A DNA stretch of 64,000 nt from Chiloscyllium plagiosum (Eukaryota): NCBI RefSeq assembly GCF_004010195.1, contig NC_057718.1, positions 62,030,981-62,094,980 on the forward strand, given 5' to 3'. The notes beneath the pieces were generated by a model. That model searched no databases. It worked only from the letters and a program-made list of their open reading frames with translations, and was not told where the DNA came from. The position numbers and the translations under genes were made by a program. Shown in pieces: positions 37,441-50,350 of the stretch. Within the stretch, counting starts at the first letter, position 1. Each line of letters opens with the position of its first letter.

Positions 37441-39074
37441 CTGGCTGCCATTTCTACTTTCCTGATACTATCCCCTCAATAGTGCCCAAAATGGTATATC
37501 TGTTTAAGAGGAATTGCCACAGGAGACTCCTGAACTATGTTCTCACATCTCCTGACAGTCACCCATCTATCTGACTGAACTTGTGAGGTGACCACCTCTC
37601 TAAAGTGACTAAACATCACACTCTGTACCTCCTATGTGCACCTTAGTGACTCAAACTGCCTTTCCAGCTGATCTAAATGATCTGACATGAGATGATGAGG
37701 TGAGAGTGACTGTCCTTCAAATCAAAGCTGTATTTGACTGAGTGCGGCATCAATGAGCATCAGCGTGCTGTTGTTGGTTGGTCAGCTGGGTGATGTTCCT
37801 TCTCCAGAGTGTGTCTTTCTGGATTTACTTATTATTGCTGTGGTACCTATTGCTTTGCATTTCGATTGTTGGAATGCTGTGATCTCTAGGACTGATGATC
37901 ATCTGCTTTCTGTCCAGATGATAAATTTACATCTTCCTGATGAGCTGCCTACTGTGAAGGAACAGAATATTTAAAACTGCAAATTATGACAGTATATTCA
38001 CTTTCACCACTTATAATCAAGGTGATAACTTGTTTATCCTTGTTAAGAGCATTGTAGGTTTTACAATGCTCAATTCTGGCAATGAGTTGACAGAGTTATC
38101 AAAATGAAATTTGCCTTTTGGAAGAGTGGTGTGGCTGTAGCATATCATTAGACTTTGTACTGAATGTAAGTCACTGAAGGATGTTCTACTAGACACATAT
38201 ACTGGATTTATTTGATTTTTTTTTATTATTCCTTTGGCAACTTTCATTGCTACCTCATCTTTTCATTTGATTAGGCCTAGTGGAGACGGTGTATGGTGTT
38301 GAATTTCCCAATCCTTTATCAAGCAGTTAACTGTGAACTGTGCCATTTTTCACTCACCACATTATCTGGAAAGTCACATCATGGACAAAGGGGAAATGGG
38401 AGTAAATTTAAGTTATGATTGCTTTTCCCATCTAAAGTCCGAGACACCCCAATATATTGCATGATTTACTCCTTTGTTTTCCACTCCTGTCCCTTACTAA
38501 GATAGGCCAAAGGATGTTCCCAAACTCTAGTTTTTAAATTCCAATTTTAAAACCTTTGAAATAAAATTAAAGATCCTGTTTATTACCAAAATTTCAAAAT
38601 GTGGGGAACTGTTTTGCTACTTCATTCTTAAACAAATATAAATGCTTAGGAAATTAAGGAGGACAGGGGAGGAAATAAGTTACAAGTTGCAAGTTTTGGA
38701 AAATCCAGACATGTTAAAATATCAGTTCATGTGATTTATAGCTTCCAAGGGTCAGTGTCCATTCATAGTTTCCTTGGGCAGCTGGTCAAAGTTGTTTTTT
38801 CTTCTTGCGAGCAGAACATGGGCTTCTTTCCAGCTAACAACTGGGGAACAAAAATAGATAGTCAGAGGCAGGCTGCCGACTCAGCCTGGACCCCTGTTCG
38901 ACCCCTGGAGGTCAAACAGCAAATAATGTAAATTGCAGATTTGTGTACTTAGCAATTCAACAAGTTCAGTCATCAGTCATTTGACAGAAAGGCATTTCAG
39001 GTGCTAATGACCCACCTTGGGAGTCTAATTGGAAGCTCATTAAGTTTTACAATCCTCATTAGTGTTTCCACTGT

Positions 39075-39350
39075 GAGGTGACATGGGAATTAGTTTGAAT
39101 CTTACCATGGCAGATGTTGAAATTTGAAGTCAATAAAATTCTGGGACAAACAAAAGCTGGACTAATGGTGACCATGTAAACTCTGCTGATTGTTCTAATA
39201 ATCCACCTGCTTCTCTAAGGTCCTTTAAGGAAGGAAATCTGACATCCTTACCAGGTCTGGCCCACATGTAACTTCACACCCACAACAACTAAACTGACCC
39301 TTAACTACCTTCTGGGCAATTAGGAATACGCAATAAATGCTGGTCTACAG
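39075..39350 (+). mobile_element. SINE-like element ending in an L2/CR1-clade tail
   Basis: The tail GGGCAATTAGGAATACGCAATAAATGCTGG matches the 3' end of the LINEs near 5040 and 7075. Confidence 0.55.
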
Positions 39351-39474
39351 TAGTTGGGGGGTAAGCAAAAAAAAAGAAAAATAATCAACAAGAAATGTAG
39401 AGAGTCGAGGGAAAATAAATGCTGGTCTAGCTAGTGAAACTTACATGCAGTGAACAAATACAAAAAAAATGTTC

Positions 39475-40318
39475 TTCAAATTTCCCTGAGACGTGGTTGA
39501 CGATGCTCTCCACCGCATCTCCTCCACTTCTCGCGCCTCCGCCCTTGAACCCCGCCCCTCCAATCGCCACCAGGACAAAACCCCACTGGTCCTCACCTAC
39601 CATGCCACCAACCTCCAGATACATCGTATCATCCTTCGTATTTTCCACCACCTCCAAACAGACCCCACCACCAAGGATATATTTCCCTCTGTGAGAAACA
39701 AAAGCTCACTCACTTTAATAATTTCAGTCCGAGACGAATATCTGAATAACAGCTTCTTTTTTATTTATACACACCTCTGGGACACCCGCACCAACCAACC
39801 CAACCGCCCTGTGGCTGAACACTTTAACTCCCCCTCCCACTCTGCCAAGGACATGCAGGTCCTTGGCCTCCTCCATCGCCAGACCATGGCAACACGCCTC
39901 CTGGATGAAGAGTGCCTCATCTTCTGCCTAGGAACCCTCCAACCACAAGGGATGAATGTAGATTTCTCCAGCTTCCTAATTTCCCCTCCCCCCCCACCTT
40001 ATCTCAGTCCCAACCCTCGGACTCAGCATTGCCTTCTTGACCTACAGTCTTCTTCCTGACCTCTCCGCCACCACCCCCTCTCTGGCCTATCACCCTCACC
40101 TTAACCTCCTTCCACCTATCACATTCCCAAAGCCCCTCCCCCAGGTCCCTCCTCCCTACCTTTTATCTTAGCCTCCTTGGCACACCTTCCTCATTCCTGA
40201 AGAAGGGCTTATGCCCGAAACGTCGATTCTCCTGCTAGTTGGATGCTGCCTGACCTGCTGCGCTTTTCCAGCAACACATTTTTCAGCTCTGATCTCCAGC
40301 ATCTGCAGTCCTCACTTT
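39475..40318 (+). mobile_element. PLE 3' fragment with an internal deletion and filler
   Basis: PLVLTYHATN...LQTDPTTKDIFPS and PVAEHFNSPSH...LIFCLGTLQPQGMN, followed by the terminal repeat. Confidence 0.9.
40193..40230 (+). ncRNA. Minimal hammerhead ribozyme motif (intact core)
   Basis: uc-CUGAAGA-a-GGGC-uuau-GCCC-GAAA-CG-UC-ga. Confidence 0.8.
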
Positions 40319-40399
40319 GTCCTAGTTGGGCCGAAGGGCCTGCTTCCATACTGCAGGGAATCAAATTTACCTGAATCGCTGCTAATTGTGTGGAGGACC

Positions 40400-41080
40400 T
40401 GGTGTCCAGGCACAGCAAGCGGTAAAAAAGGCAAATGGTATGTTGGCCTTCATTGCGAGAGGTTTTCAGTACAGGAGCAGGCAAGTGTTATTGCAGTTAT
40501 ACAGGGCCTTGTGAGACCACAACTAGAATATTGTGTGCAACTCTTGTCTCCTTTCCAGGGAAAGGATGCTCTCGCTTTCAAGGGAATACAGCAAAGGTTT
40601 ACCAAGCTGATTCTGGGCATGGCAGGACTGACATGTGAGGAGAGATTGACTAGGTTGGAATTGTTTTCACTGGAGTTCAGATGAGTGAGGGGGGTTCTCA
40701 TAGAAACTTGTAAAATTTTAACAGGACTAGATAGGATAGATGCAAGGAGGATGTTCCTGATGGTAGGTGCATCCAGAACCAGGGTCACAGTCTGAGGATT
40801 CCGGGTGGACCATTTAGGACAGAGATAAGGAGAAATTTCTTCACTCAAAGAGTGGTGAGCCTGTGGAATTCATTACCCAGGAAGTAGTTGATGCTAAAAC
40901 ATTGAATGTATTCAACAAGCTGCTAGCTATAACACTTGGGGTGAATGGGATCAAAGGTTATGGGGAGAAAGCGGGATTTGGCTCCTGAGTTGGATGATCA
41001 CCCGTGATCGTGATGAATAGTTGAGCAGGCTCAAAGAGTCGAATGGCCTCTTCCTGCTCCTACCTTCTATGTTTCTGTTT
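40400..41080 (+). mobile_element. CR1 3' fragment
   Basis: LVRPQLEYCVQLLSP and FFTQRVVSLWNSL motifs, then the tail. Confidence 0.9.
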
Positions 41081-41697
41081 CTAAATTCTGTGGGGTCACA
41101 CTATCTGCTCTGAGTCATGATTAATGATGGGAGTAAGCAAGTGTCAATGTCTCCAGAATGACAGCCCCACTGATGAACCTGCTTGCGGAGACAGAAGGCC
41201 TGTCTGGGTGTCCTTTAAACACGGTGCCCGGACCTTCAATCTTGTGAGGTCAACTGCATCGCCATCCCTGCTGGAAGATTCACTGCAATCCTTGCGCACT
41301 CTTATTTAATTAGCTGACCATTACATAATCATGTGCGAAAAGCCATTCTACAAATGAGCGAAAGTGATATTAACGTACAGTTCCACTGTGAAACCTCTAT
41401 TTCAGAACAGAGATTCTCCAAACAAAGTCAGTTTACTATGTTATTATTCCTGTGCTTCACTTTCTAAAATCAACAATGTTTCCTTATGTAGCTCCATGCT
41501 GTAACAGCATAATTCAGTGTGTACCAGGTTTAATTTCCACAGAAGCATTGCATCAACATGAACATAAACAATCATTGGAAAAAACAACTTCAACCAAAAG
41601 TGCTTCAATTTTCTGGACTAATATGTTGAAGACTTAGAGTTTTGAGTAAGATGCAGCAATTTCATTTAGCCAGGAGGTTGCAGCATTTCCTCTTTTA

Positions 41698-42519
41698 TTT
41701 GTTTTGATTGTCAGATATCACGTGAGATGCAGTGACTTGAAATACAATATTTACATTGACCGAAGCAGCACAGAATCTGTGGAGTGATATCAGTTATCAA
41801 GTTCCGAGAGCCTGGATTCAATGCTACAAGAAATCCAATAACTTCATTTGAGTGGTCACAGAATTGTTATGGGGCCATCTGTCGGTTCACTCCACCATTG
41901 TGCCGAAGTCCTTTCAAAATTCCACATTATCCTCCTCGCAGTTTACAATGCTCCCAAATTTTAGAGTTCCACAAACTCTGAAATTGTCCCTTGCACACCA
42001 AGATCTAGATCATTTATATAGATCAGGAAAAGCAAGGGTACTGGTACAGACTGTTGGGAAGCCTTCATCCAGTCTGAAAAATACTTATTAACCATTCCTC
42101 AGCCAATTTTTGTTTTGATTGTCAGATATCACGTGAGATGCAGTGACTTGAAATACAATATTTACATTGACCGAAGCAGCACAGAGTCTGTGGAGTGATA
42201 TCAGTTATCAAGTTCCGAGAGCCTGGATTCAATGCTACAAGAAATTCAATAACTTCATTTGAGTGGTCACAGAATTGTTATGGGGCCATCTGTCGGTTCA
42301 CTCCACCATTGTGCCAAAGTCCTTTCGAAATTCCACATTATCCTCCTCGCAGTTTACAATGCTCCCAAATTTTAGAGTTCCACAATCTCTGAAATTGTCC
42401 CTTGCACACCAAGATCTAGATCATTTATATAGATCAGGAAAAGTAAGGGTACTGGTACAGACTGTTGGGAAGCTTTCATCCAGTCTGAAAAATACTTATT
42501 AACCATTCCTCAGCCAATT
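41698..42519. repeat. Tandem duplication, 2 x 411 bp, about 7 substitutions
   Basis: Duplicate ORFs at 41784/42195 and 41852/42263, confirmed by direct comparison. Confidence 0.95.
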
Positions 42520-42819
42520 TCATTTTCACGTTGCTATTGTCCCCCTTATTCTATGACCTTTAACTTTTCTCAGATGTCCATAGTGTGGTACTGTATTAAA
42601 TGCCTTTTGGAAGTCATATACCACATCAATAGCCTTGCCATCATCAATCCTCTCTGTTACCTCTTCAAACAACCTTCTGCAAGTTAGTTAGGCATGACGC
42701 ATTTCTTGTTGTGAGTGAAGCTATTCCACCACCTTTCCATTCTGCCTCTTCAACCCACATTATTCCGTGTGACTTAATTCTATCCTAAGTAACTGTTTCA
42801 AGGAGTTTCCCCACTACTA

Positions 42820-43455
42820 GTGAAGACGGTGTTTGGTATGTTTTCCTTTATTGGACAGAGCATGGAGTGTAAGTTGGGAGGACATGTTGCGGATGTACAG
42901 GCCATTGGTTAGGTCACTTTTGGAATATTGCATGCAATTCTGGTCTCCTTCTTACCGGAAGAATGCTGTGAAACTTGAAAAGGGTTCAGAAAAGATTTAC
43001 AAAAATGTTGCCTGGGTTGGAGGATTTGAGCTGGAGGTAGATGCTGAATTGGCTAGGGCTGTTTTCCTGGAGCATTGGAGGCTGAAGGGTGACGTTACAG
43101 AGGTTTATAAATTCATAAGGAGCATGCTTAGGTTAAAAAGACAAGGTCTTTTCCCAGGGGTGGGGAGTCCGGAACTAGAGGGCACTGGGTTAGGATGAGA
43201 GAACAAAAATTTAAAAGGGGCAACATTTCACACAGAGGGTGGTGTGTGAATGGAATGATCTGCCACAGGAAGTGGTGGAGACTGGTACAATTACAACATT
43301 TAAAAGGCTTCTGAATGGGTATATGAAGAAGAAGGGTTTTGAGGAATATGGGCCAAGTGCTGGCAAATGGGACTAGATTAGTTTAGGATATCTGGTTGGC
43401 ATGGACGAGTTGGACTGAAGGGTCTGTTTCCGTGCTGTACATCTCTATGACTCTA
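42820..43455 (+). mobile_element. CR1 3' fragment nested in an older minus-strand CR1 (about 41810-46460, fragmented)
   Basis: LVRSLLEYCMQFWSPSY and tail CTCTATGACTCTA. Confidence 0.9.
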
Positions 43456-43649
43456 CTGAAATTAAACTGACTGTAATTACTGGGCCTTTCTTTTGCAAAC
43501 AGGGAAGAATGTTTGATCCTCCAACATCAGCCCTGATCCAAGCAATATTGAAGAGTAATTGCCAGTCCCTCCAAAATTTCCATTCTTACTTCCTTCAACA
43601 TTTGTGGATATCTCACCCAATCCCAATGCTTGATCAATTTTAAATACTG

Positions 43650-45447
43650 GCAACAAGTTACTGCAGCTGCTGGAATCTGAACGGAAAACAACAAATGCTG
43701 GAGATCACAGAGGGTCAGGCAGCACCCCTGGAGACAGAGCAAGCTAACACTTTGAGTCTAGATGAGCTCTTAATCAGAGCCGAAGTGAAGTGTGGAGGGC
43801 CAGCAGTTAAACTATGGGGTGGAGCGGGGAGGAGGTGGTGATGGTGCAGATAGTGAGTATAGGGTGCTGGTGGAGGAAAACGTTTACATTAAGTGGTTGG
43901 AATGTGAGAATGGCAGAACAATGATGTGTCTCCTGTTGGACCTAAAAGGACAGTAAGTGAGATGGAGGAGAGGAGGACATGGTAACAAGCTAAAAGAAAG
44001 GAAAGAAATGGTTCACAATTTAAAGGTGTTGAACTTAATATTAAGTCCAGAAGGCTATAAAGTACCTAGTTGGAAGATGAGATGTTGTTCCTCCAGTTTG
44101 CACTTTGTTTCACTAGGACACTGCAGTATGCTGAGGACAGACATGTGGATGTGCGAGCAGGACACTGTGTTAACAGCTACAGAAAGGTAAGGGTCTTGTG
44201 CATAGACTGGAAGTGTTCTGCAAGGCGGTCACCCAGTCTGTGTTTGGTTTTTCCAGCGTAGAGTAGGCCACATTGGGTACAACGAATACAAGATTGGAGG
44301 AGATACACATGAAATGTTGCTTCACCTGGAGAGACTTTGTAGGCCCTTGGATGGTGAGTTGGGAGGAGGTGAAGGGGCAGGTGCCACACCTTCTGTGGTT
44401 ACATGGAAAGATGCGGTGGTTTCCCACCTACTACGGTTGACAGGGCTCTCAACTGCATCCAACCTAACACCCGTGCTTCTGCCCTTGTCCCTTCCCATCA
44501 CTCACAACAGCATGATCAGTTTCCCCTTGTCCTCACTTTTTATCCCACCAGCCTCTGCATTCAAAGGATCATTCTCCACCATTTCAAACAATACCAACAG
44601 AAAACCACCACCAAACACATCTTACCCTCACTCACTGTCTGCATTTTGCAGGGATCATTCCCTCCAGGAAACCATAGTCCATTCCATAACCACCAACACC
44701 GCCCCCTCTCATGGCACCTTCCCATGTAACCATAGAAGGTTCAACAACTGCCCCATCACCTCCTCCCAACTCACCATCCAACAGCCTAAACAGCCTTTCC
44801 AGGTGAAGCAGCATTTCACCTGTATCTCCTCCAATCTTGTGTATTATATTCGCTGCATCCAATGTGGCCTACTCTACATTGGAGAAATTAACCGCAGACT
44901 GGATGACAGCTTTGCGGAACACCTCTGGTCTGTGCACAAGACCCTGACCTTCCTGTAGGCACTCATTTTAACACAGCATCCTGCTTGCACGCCCACGTGT
45001 CTGTCCTCAGCATACTGCAATGTTCCAGTGAAACACAGTGCAAACTGGAGGAACAACATCTCATCTTCAGACTAGGCACTTTATAGCTTTCTGGACTTAA
45101 TACTGAGTTCAACATTTTTAAACTGTGAACCATTTCTTTCCCTTTTTTTTAGTTTGGTATCATGTCCTCCCCTCTCCCATCCCACTTACTGTCCTTTCAA
45201 GTCTGTCAGGAGACATACCATTGTTCTGCCATTCTCACATTCTGATCACTTAATGTAAACTACTAACATCTTTTATCCACCAGCACATCCACTAACACCA
45301 CACCCCCCACCAAACTGTAGCATAAATGTTGTGCCTTCACACTTCACTACTTCTCTAATGAAGTCATCTAGATTTGAAACATTAGCTTGCTGTCTTGCCA
45401 AGGATGCTGCCTGACCTACTGTGATCTCCAGCATTTGTTGTTTTCTG
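43650..45447. mobile_element. PLE with long inverted arms, both encoding a GIY-YIG endonuclease remnant
   Basis: The plus arm reads FTCISSNLVYYIRCIQCGLLYIGEINRRLDDSFAEHL and the minus arm IRCTQCGLLYAGKTKHRLGDRLAEH. Flanked by tttaaatac at 43639-43647 and 45448-45456. Confidence 0.9.
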
Positions 45448-45639
45448 TTTAAATACCCAACGTCTCCTCCTTATCAATTTTAAACCCTCTAATGACTGAG
45501 ATTCCTCTCTTGACATCATGACCAGGACAGCATCTGCTTCACAGGTAAAGACATATGAAAAATATTCATTTAATACCTCTTACCTCTATGTGTAAATCTC
45601 CTTTAGGTCCCTAATTGGCCTTACTTTTCCTTTTACCAC

Positions 45640-45832
45640 ATAGTCACCATAGTCCAGAGAACTGCCATCTCATTAGATACTGGTGGTGAGTTTAACCTGA
45701 GGGTCACCACACCTCAGGGATGAGGTTTAGGACTTCTGGTATCCTCAGCCAATACAGGAATTAAACCCTCTCTGTTCATGTCACTCTACATCACAAACCA
45801 GCCACCTAGCCAACTGAGCTAACCAATCCTCC
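45640..45832 (-). mobile_element. tRNA-derived SINE (second family)
   Basis: Minus-strand GGTTAGCTCAGTTGG A-box and GGTTTAATTCC B-box. Homologous to 62590-62770. Confidence 0.75.
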
Positions 45833-45835
45833 TAT

Positions 45836-46232
45836 TGCGTCGGAGGCTGAGGCGTGACCTTATAGAGGTTTACAAAATTATGAGGGGCATGGATAGGATA
45901 AGGAGACAAAGTCTTTTCGCTGGGGTCGGGGAGTCCAGAACTAGAGGGCATAGGTTTAAGGTGAGAGGGGAAAGATATAAAAGAGACCTAAGGGGCAATT
46001 TTTTCACGCAGAGGGTGGTACGTGTATGGAATGAGCTGCCAGAGGATGTGGTGGAGGCTGGTACAATTGCAACATTTAAGAGGCATTTGGATGGGTATAT
46101 GAATAGGAAGGGTTTGGAGGGATATGGGCCGGGTGCTGGTAGGTGGGACTAGATTGGGTTGGGATATCTGGTCGGCATGGATGGGTTGGACCGAAGGGTC
46201 TGTTTCCATGCTGTACATCTCTATGACTCTAT
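45836..46232 (+). mobile_element. Young CR1 3' fragment
   Basis: Intact RT C-terminus (RRLRRDLIEVYKIMRG...) and tail. Confidence 0.95.
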
Positions 46233-46461
46233 GTGCTGAAAGAAGACTGGGATTTCCCTTGGTTAGCTGGCAGTTTTTTTTAATGTAATCCCCCTGAGCT
46301 TCTCATATTTGATTTTTTTTTCCTTCCCTTTTGAACTTTCCAGTTTGGTTATCAATAGTATTTGCTAGCTGACACCTGTCATAAGCACAACTCTTTTCAA
46401 ACTAAATTTCTAGCTCCTTTGTCATCTTGGGTCATCTGGAATTGTTTATCTACTTTTCGTT

Positions 46462-49400
46462 GAGTCATAGAGATGTACAGCATGAAAACAGAGCCTGCAG
46501 TTCAACTTGTCCATGTTGATATCCTAACCTAATATGGTCCCATTTGCCAGCAGCTAGCCCATATCCCTCTAAACCCTTCCTATTCATATACCTATTCAGA
46601 TGCTTTTTAAATGCTGTAATTGCACCAGCCTCCATCACTTCCTCTGACAGCTCATTCCATACATGCACTGCCCTCTGCATGAAATTGTTGCCCCTTAGGT
46701 CCCTTTTATATCTTTGCCCTCTCACCCTCAAGCTATGTCCACTAGGTCTGGAGTCCCCCACCCAGGGAAAAGACTATCTATGTCCTCCATGATTTTATAA
46801 ACCTCTATAAGGTCACCCCTCAGCCTCCGACACTCTCAGGAAAACAGCCCCCAGCCTATTCAGCATCTCCCTATAGCTCAAGTCCTCCAACCCTGGCAAC
46901 ATCCTTGTAAATCTTTTCTGAACCCTTTCAAGTTTCACAACATCCTTCTGATAGGAAAGAGACCAGGATTGCACGCAGTATTCCAATAGTGGCCTAACCA
47001 ATGTCCTGTGCAGCCGCAACATGACCTCCCAACTCCTGTACTCCATGCTCTGTCCAATGAAGGAAAGCATACCAAAAACCTTCTTCACTATCCTATCCAC
47101 CTGCGACTCTACTTTCAAAGAACTATGAACCTGCACTCCAAGGCCTCTTTGCTCAGCAACACTCTCCTGGACCTTACCATTAAGTGTATAAGTCCTACTC
47201 TGATTTGCTTTTCCAAAATGCAGCACATCGCATTTATCTAAATTAAACTCCATCTGCCACTCCTCAGCCCATTGGCCTATCTGACCAAGATCCTGCTGTA
47301 CTCTGAGGGAACCTTCTTCACTGTCCACTACACCTTCAATTTTTTTGTCATCTGCAACCTTACCAATTATACCTCCTATGTTCACATCCAAATCATTACA
47401 TTAATGATGAAAGGTAGTGGACCTAGTACTGAACCTTGTGGTACACCACTGGTAACAGGCCTCCCCCTTTGATCCAGTTCTGTATCGAAATAGCTAGTTC
47501 TCACTGTATTCCATGAGATCTAATTTTGCTAACCAGTCTACCAAGAGGAACCTTGTTGAATGCCTTACTGAAGTCCAGAAAGATCACATCCACCTCTCTT
47601 CCCTCATCAATCCTCTTCGTTACTTCTTCAAAAAACTCAGTCAAGTTCGTGAAACATGATTTCCCACACACAAAATCACGTTGACTATCCATAATCAATT
47701 CTTGTCTTTCCAAACACATGTAAATCTTGTCCCTCAGGATTCCCTCCAACAACTTGCCCACCACCAATGTCAGGTTCACTGGTCTATAGTTTCCTGGCTT
47801 GTCCGTACCACCTTTCTTAAATAGTGGCACCATGTTAGCCAATCTCCAGTCTTCCAGCACCTCACCTATGATACAAGCATATCAGCAGGGGCCCAGCAAT
47901 CACTTTCCTAGCTTCCTACAGAGTTCTCGGGTACACTTGATCAGGTCATAGAGTCATAGTCATAGAGATGTGCAGCATGGAAACAGACCCTACGGTCCAA
48001 CCCATCCATACCGACCAGATATCCCAACCCAATCTAGTCCCACCTGCCAGCGCACGTCCCATATCTCTCCAAACCCTTCCTATTCATATACCCATCCAAA
48101 TGCCTCTTAAATATTGCAATTGTACCAGCCTCCACCACATCCTCTGGCAGCTCATTCCATACACATAAAACCCTCTGCGTGAAAAAGTTGCCTCCTTAGG
48201 TCTCTTTTATATCTTTCCCCTCTCACCCTAAACCTATGCCCTCTAGTTCTGGACTCCTCCACCCCAGGGAAATTTATCCTATCCATGCCCCTCATAATTT
48301 TGCCTATTTATCCTATCCATGCCCCTCATAATTTTGTAAACCTCTATAAGGTCACCCCTCAGCCTCCAATGATTCCGGGTAAACAGCCCCAGTCTGTTCA
48401 GCCTCTTCCTGTAGCTCAGATCCTCCAACCCTGGCAACATGCTTGTAAATCTTTTCTGAACCATTTCAAGTTTCACAATATCTTTCCGANNNNNNNNNNN
48501 NNNNNNNNNNNNNNNNNNNNNNNNNNNNNNNNNNNNNNNNNNNNNNNNNNNNNNNNNNNNNNNNNNNNNNNNNNNNNNNNNNNNNNNNNNNNNNNNNNNN
48601 NNNNNNNNNNNNNNNNNNNNNNNNNNNNNNNNNNNNNNNNNNAGAGGGCCCAGTACCGATCCTTGTAGCACTCCACTGGTCACAGGCCTCCAGTCTGAAA
48701 AACAACCCTCCACCACCACCCTCTGTCTTCTACCTTTGAGCCAGTTCTGTATCCAAATGGTTAGTTCTCCCTGTATTCCATGAGATCTAACCTTGCTAAT
48801 CAGTCTCCCATGGCCCTGGGGATTTATCCACCTTTATGCGTTTAAAGACATCCAGCACCTCCTCCTCTGTAATATGGACATTTTTCAAGATGGTCACCAT
48901 CTATTTCCCCACATTCTATATCTTCCATGTCCTTCTCCAAGTAAACACTGATGCAAAATACTAATTTAGTATCTCCCTCATCTCCTGCCGCTCCACACAT
49001 AGGCTACCTTGCTGATTTTTGAGCAGCCCTATTCTCCCCCTTGTTAAGCTTTTGTCCTTAATGTATTTATAAAATCCCTTTGGATTCTCCTTAACCCTAT
49101 TTGCCAAACCTATCTCATGTCCTCTTTTTGCCTTCTGATTTTCCTCTCAAGTATACTCCTACTACCTTTATACTCTGAGGATTCTCTCGATCTCTGCTGT
49201 CCATACCTGACATACGTTTCCTTCTTTTTCTTAACCAAAAACTCAATTTCTCTGGTCATCCAGCATTCCCTACACCTACCAGCCTTGCCTTTCAAAGGAG
49301 CAGGAATATAATGTGTCTGGACTCTTACTATCTAATTTTTGAAGGCTTCCCATTTTCCAGCTGTCCCTTTAGCTGCAAACATCTGCACCCAATCAACCTT

Positions 49401-49480
49401 TGAAAGTTCTTGCCTAATACCATCAAAATTAGCCTTCCTCCAATTTAGAACTTCAACTTTTAGATCTGGTCTATCCTTCT
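46462..49480 (-). mobile_element. CR1 LINE with a second CR1 nested at about 47946-48810
   Basis: Two sets of RT motifs and two (ATAGAGTC) tails. The outer element resumes at about 48812. Confidence 0.9.
48490..48642. other. Assembly gap
   Basis: Run of N. Confidence 1.
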
Positions 49481-49499
49481 CTATTTATTCTTTGAGAGA

Positions 49500-50165
49500 A
49501 TATATCTTAATGCCCAAACCATCTCCTCTTTGAAAATAACCCATTGTTCAGTACTGTTCCTCCCATCAAATGTTGGTTCCAGTCTATCTAGCTTAGCTTT
49601 GTACTTCCCTCGTTGTACTCCACTCTCCACCTATCGATTATTCTGAATTGGGATTGACCGATGTCTTTTTCAAATAACTTCCTAAAACTTGTGATACAAT
49701 GATCACTGTCTGCTAAGTGATCACTCACTGTCACTTGATCTACCTCTCAATCCCAGGAATCAGATTTAGCAGTGCCTTCTCTTCTGCTATAGGAAATTCT
49801 CCTCGACACATCTGGGAATATTTTTCCCATGTCACCCCTTACAAAAGCACTGTCCTAATCAAGTCCTATTATAATTCTCTATGGTGTTTATATCTCTCTG
49901 TAGTTTCCTTGCAGATTTGTTCCTCCACAGCCTGCCCACTAATTGGAGGTCTATTTATTACACTGACCAATGTAATTGCATCCTTCTTATTCTTTAGCTC
50001 TCGCTCAATCAATTCGATCCTTGAAGCCTCTGAAATGTTAAAGCTCCACACAGACAGATGCCTGAGGCCGGAATCGAACCGGAGTTCCTGGCGTTGTGAG
50101 GCAGCAGCGCTAACGACTGAGCCACCATGCCGCCCTACTTGCAACAGTCCAGCTCTCATTTATTG
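49500..50165 (-). mobile_element. Old CR1 endonuclease fragment containing an HE1-like SINE 5' piece (50040-50136)
   Basis: NRPPISGQAVEEQICKE, and SINE head GGCGGCATGGTGGCTCAGTCGTTAGCGC. Confidence 0.75.
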
Positions 50166-50350
50166 TATATTGTATAGGTATGCATGGGCTACAAACTAGA
50201 GTCACAAATCATATCATCAGCAAATAGTCTTTATCAGAAGCTACCATCGGTTGTTGTGCTAGGCGAAATGCAGAGGACTACTGTAGGATGAATGTATGAT
50301 GACTGCTGTCAGATATTGATCTGCATGATATGCTACCTGTGGTCATACTT

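Noticed and set aside
38740..38840. Good minus-strand acceptor (ctatttttgttccccag) suggesting an exon
   Set aside because: No convincing donor before stop codons in any frame.
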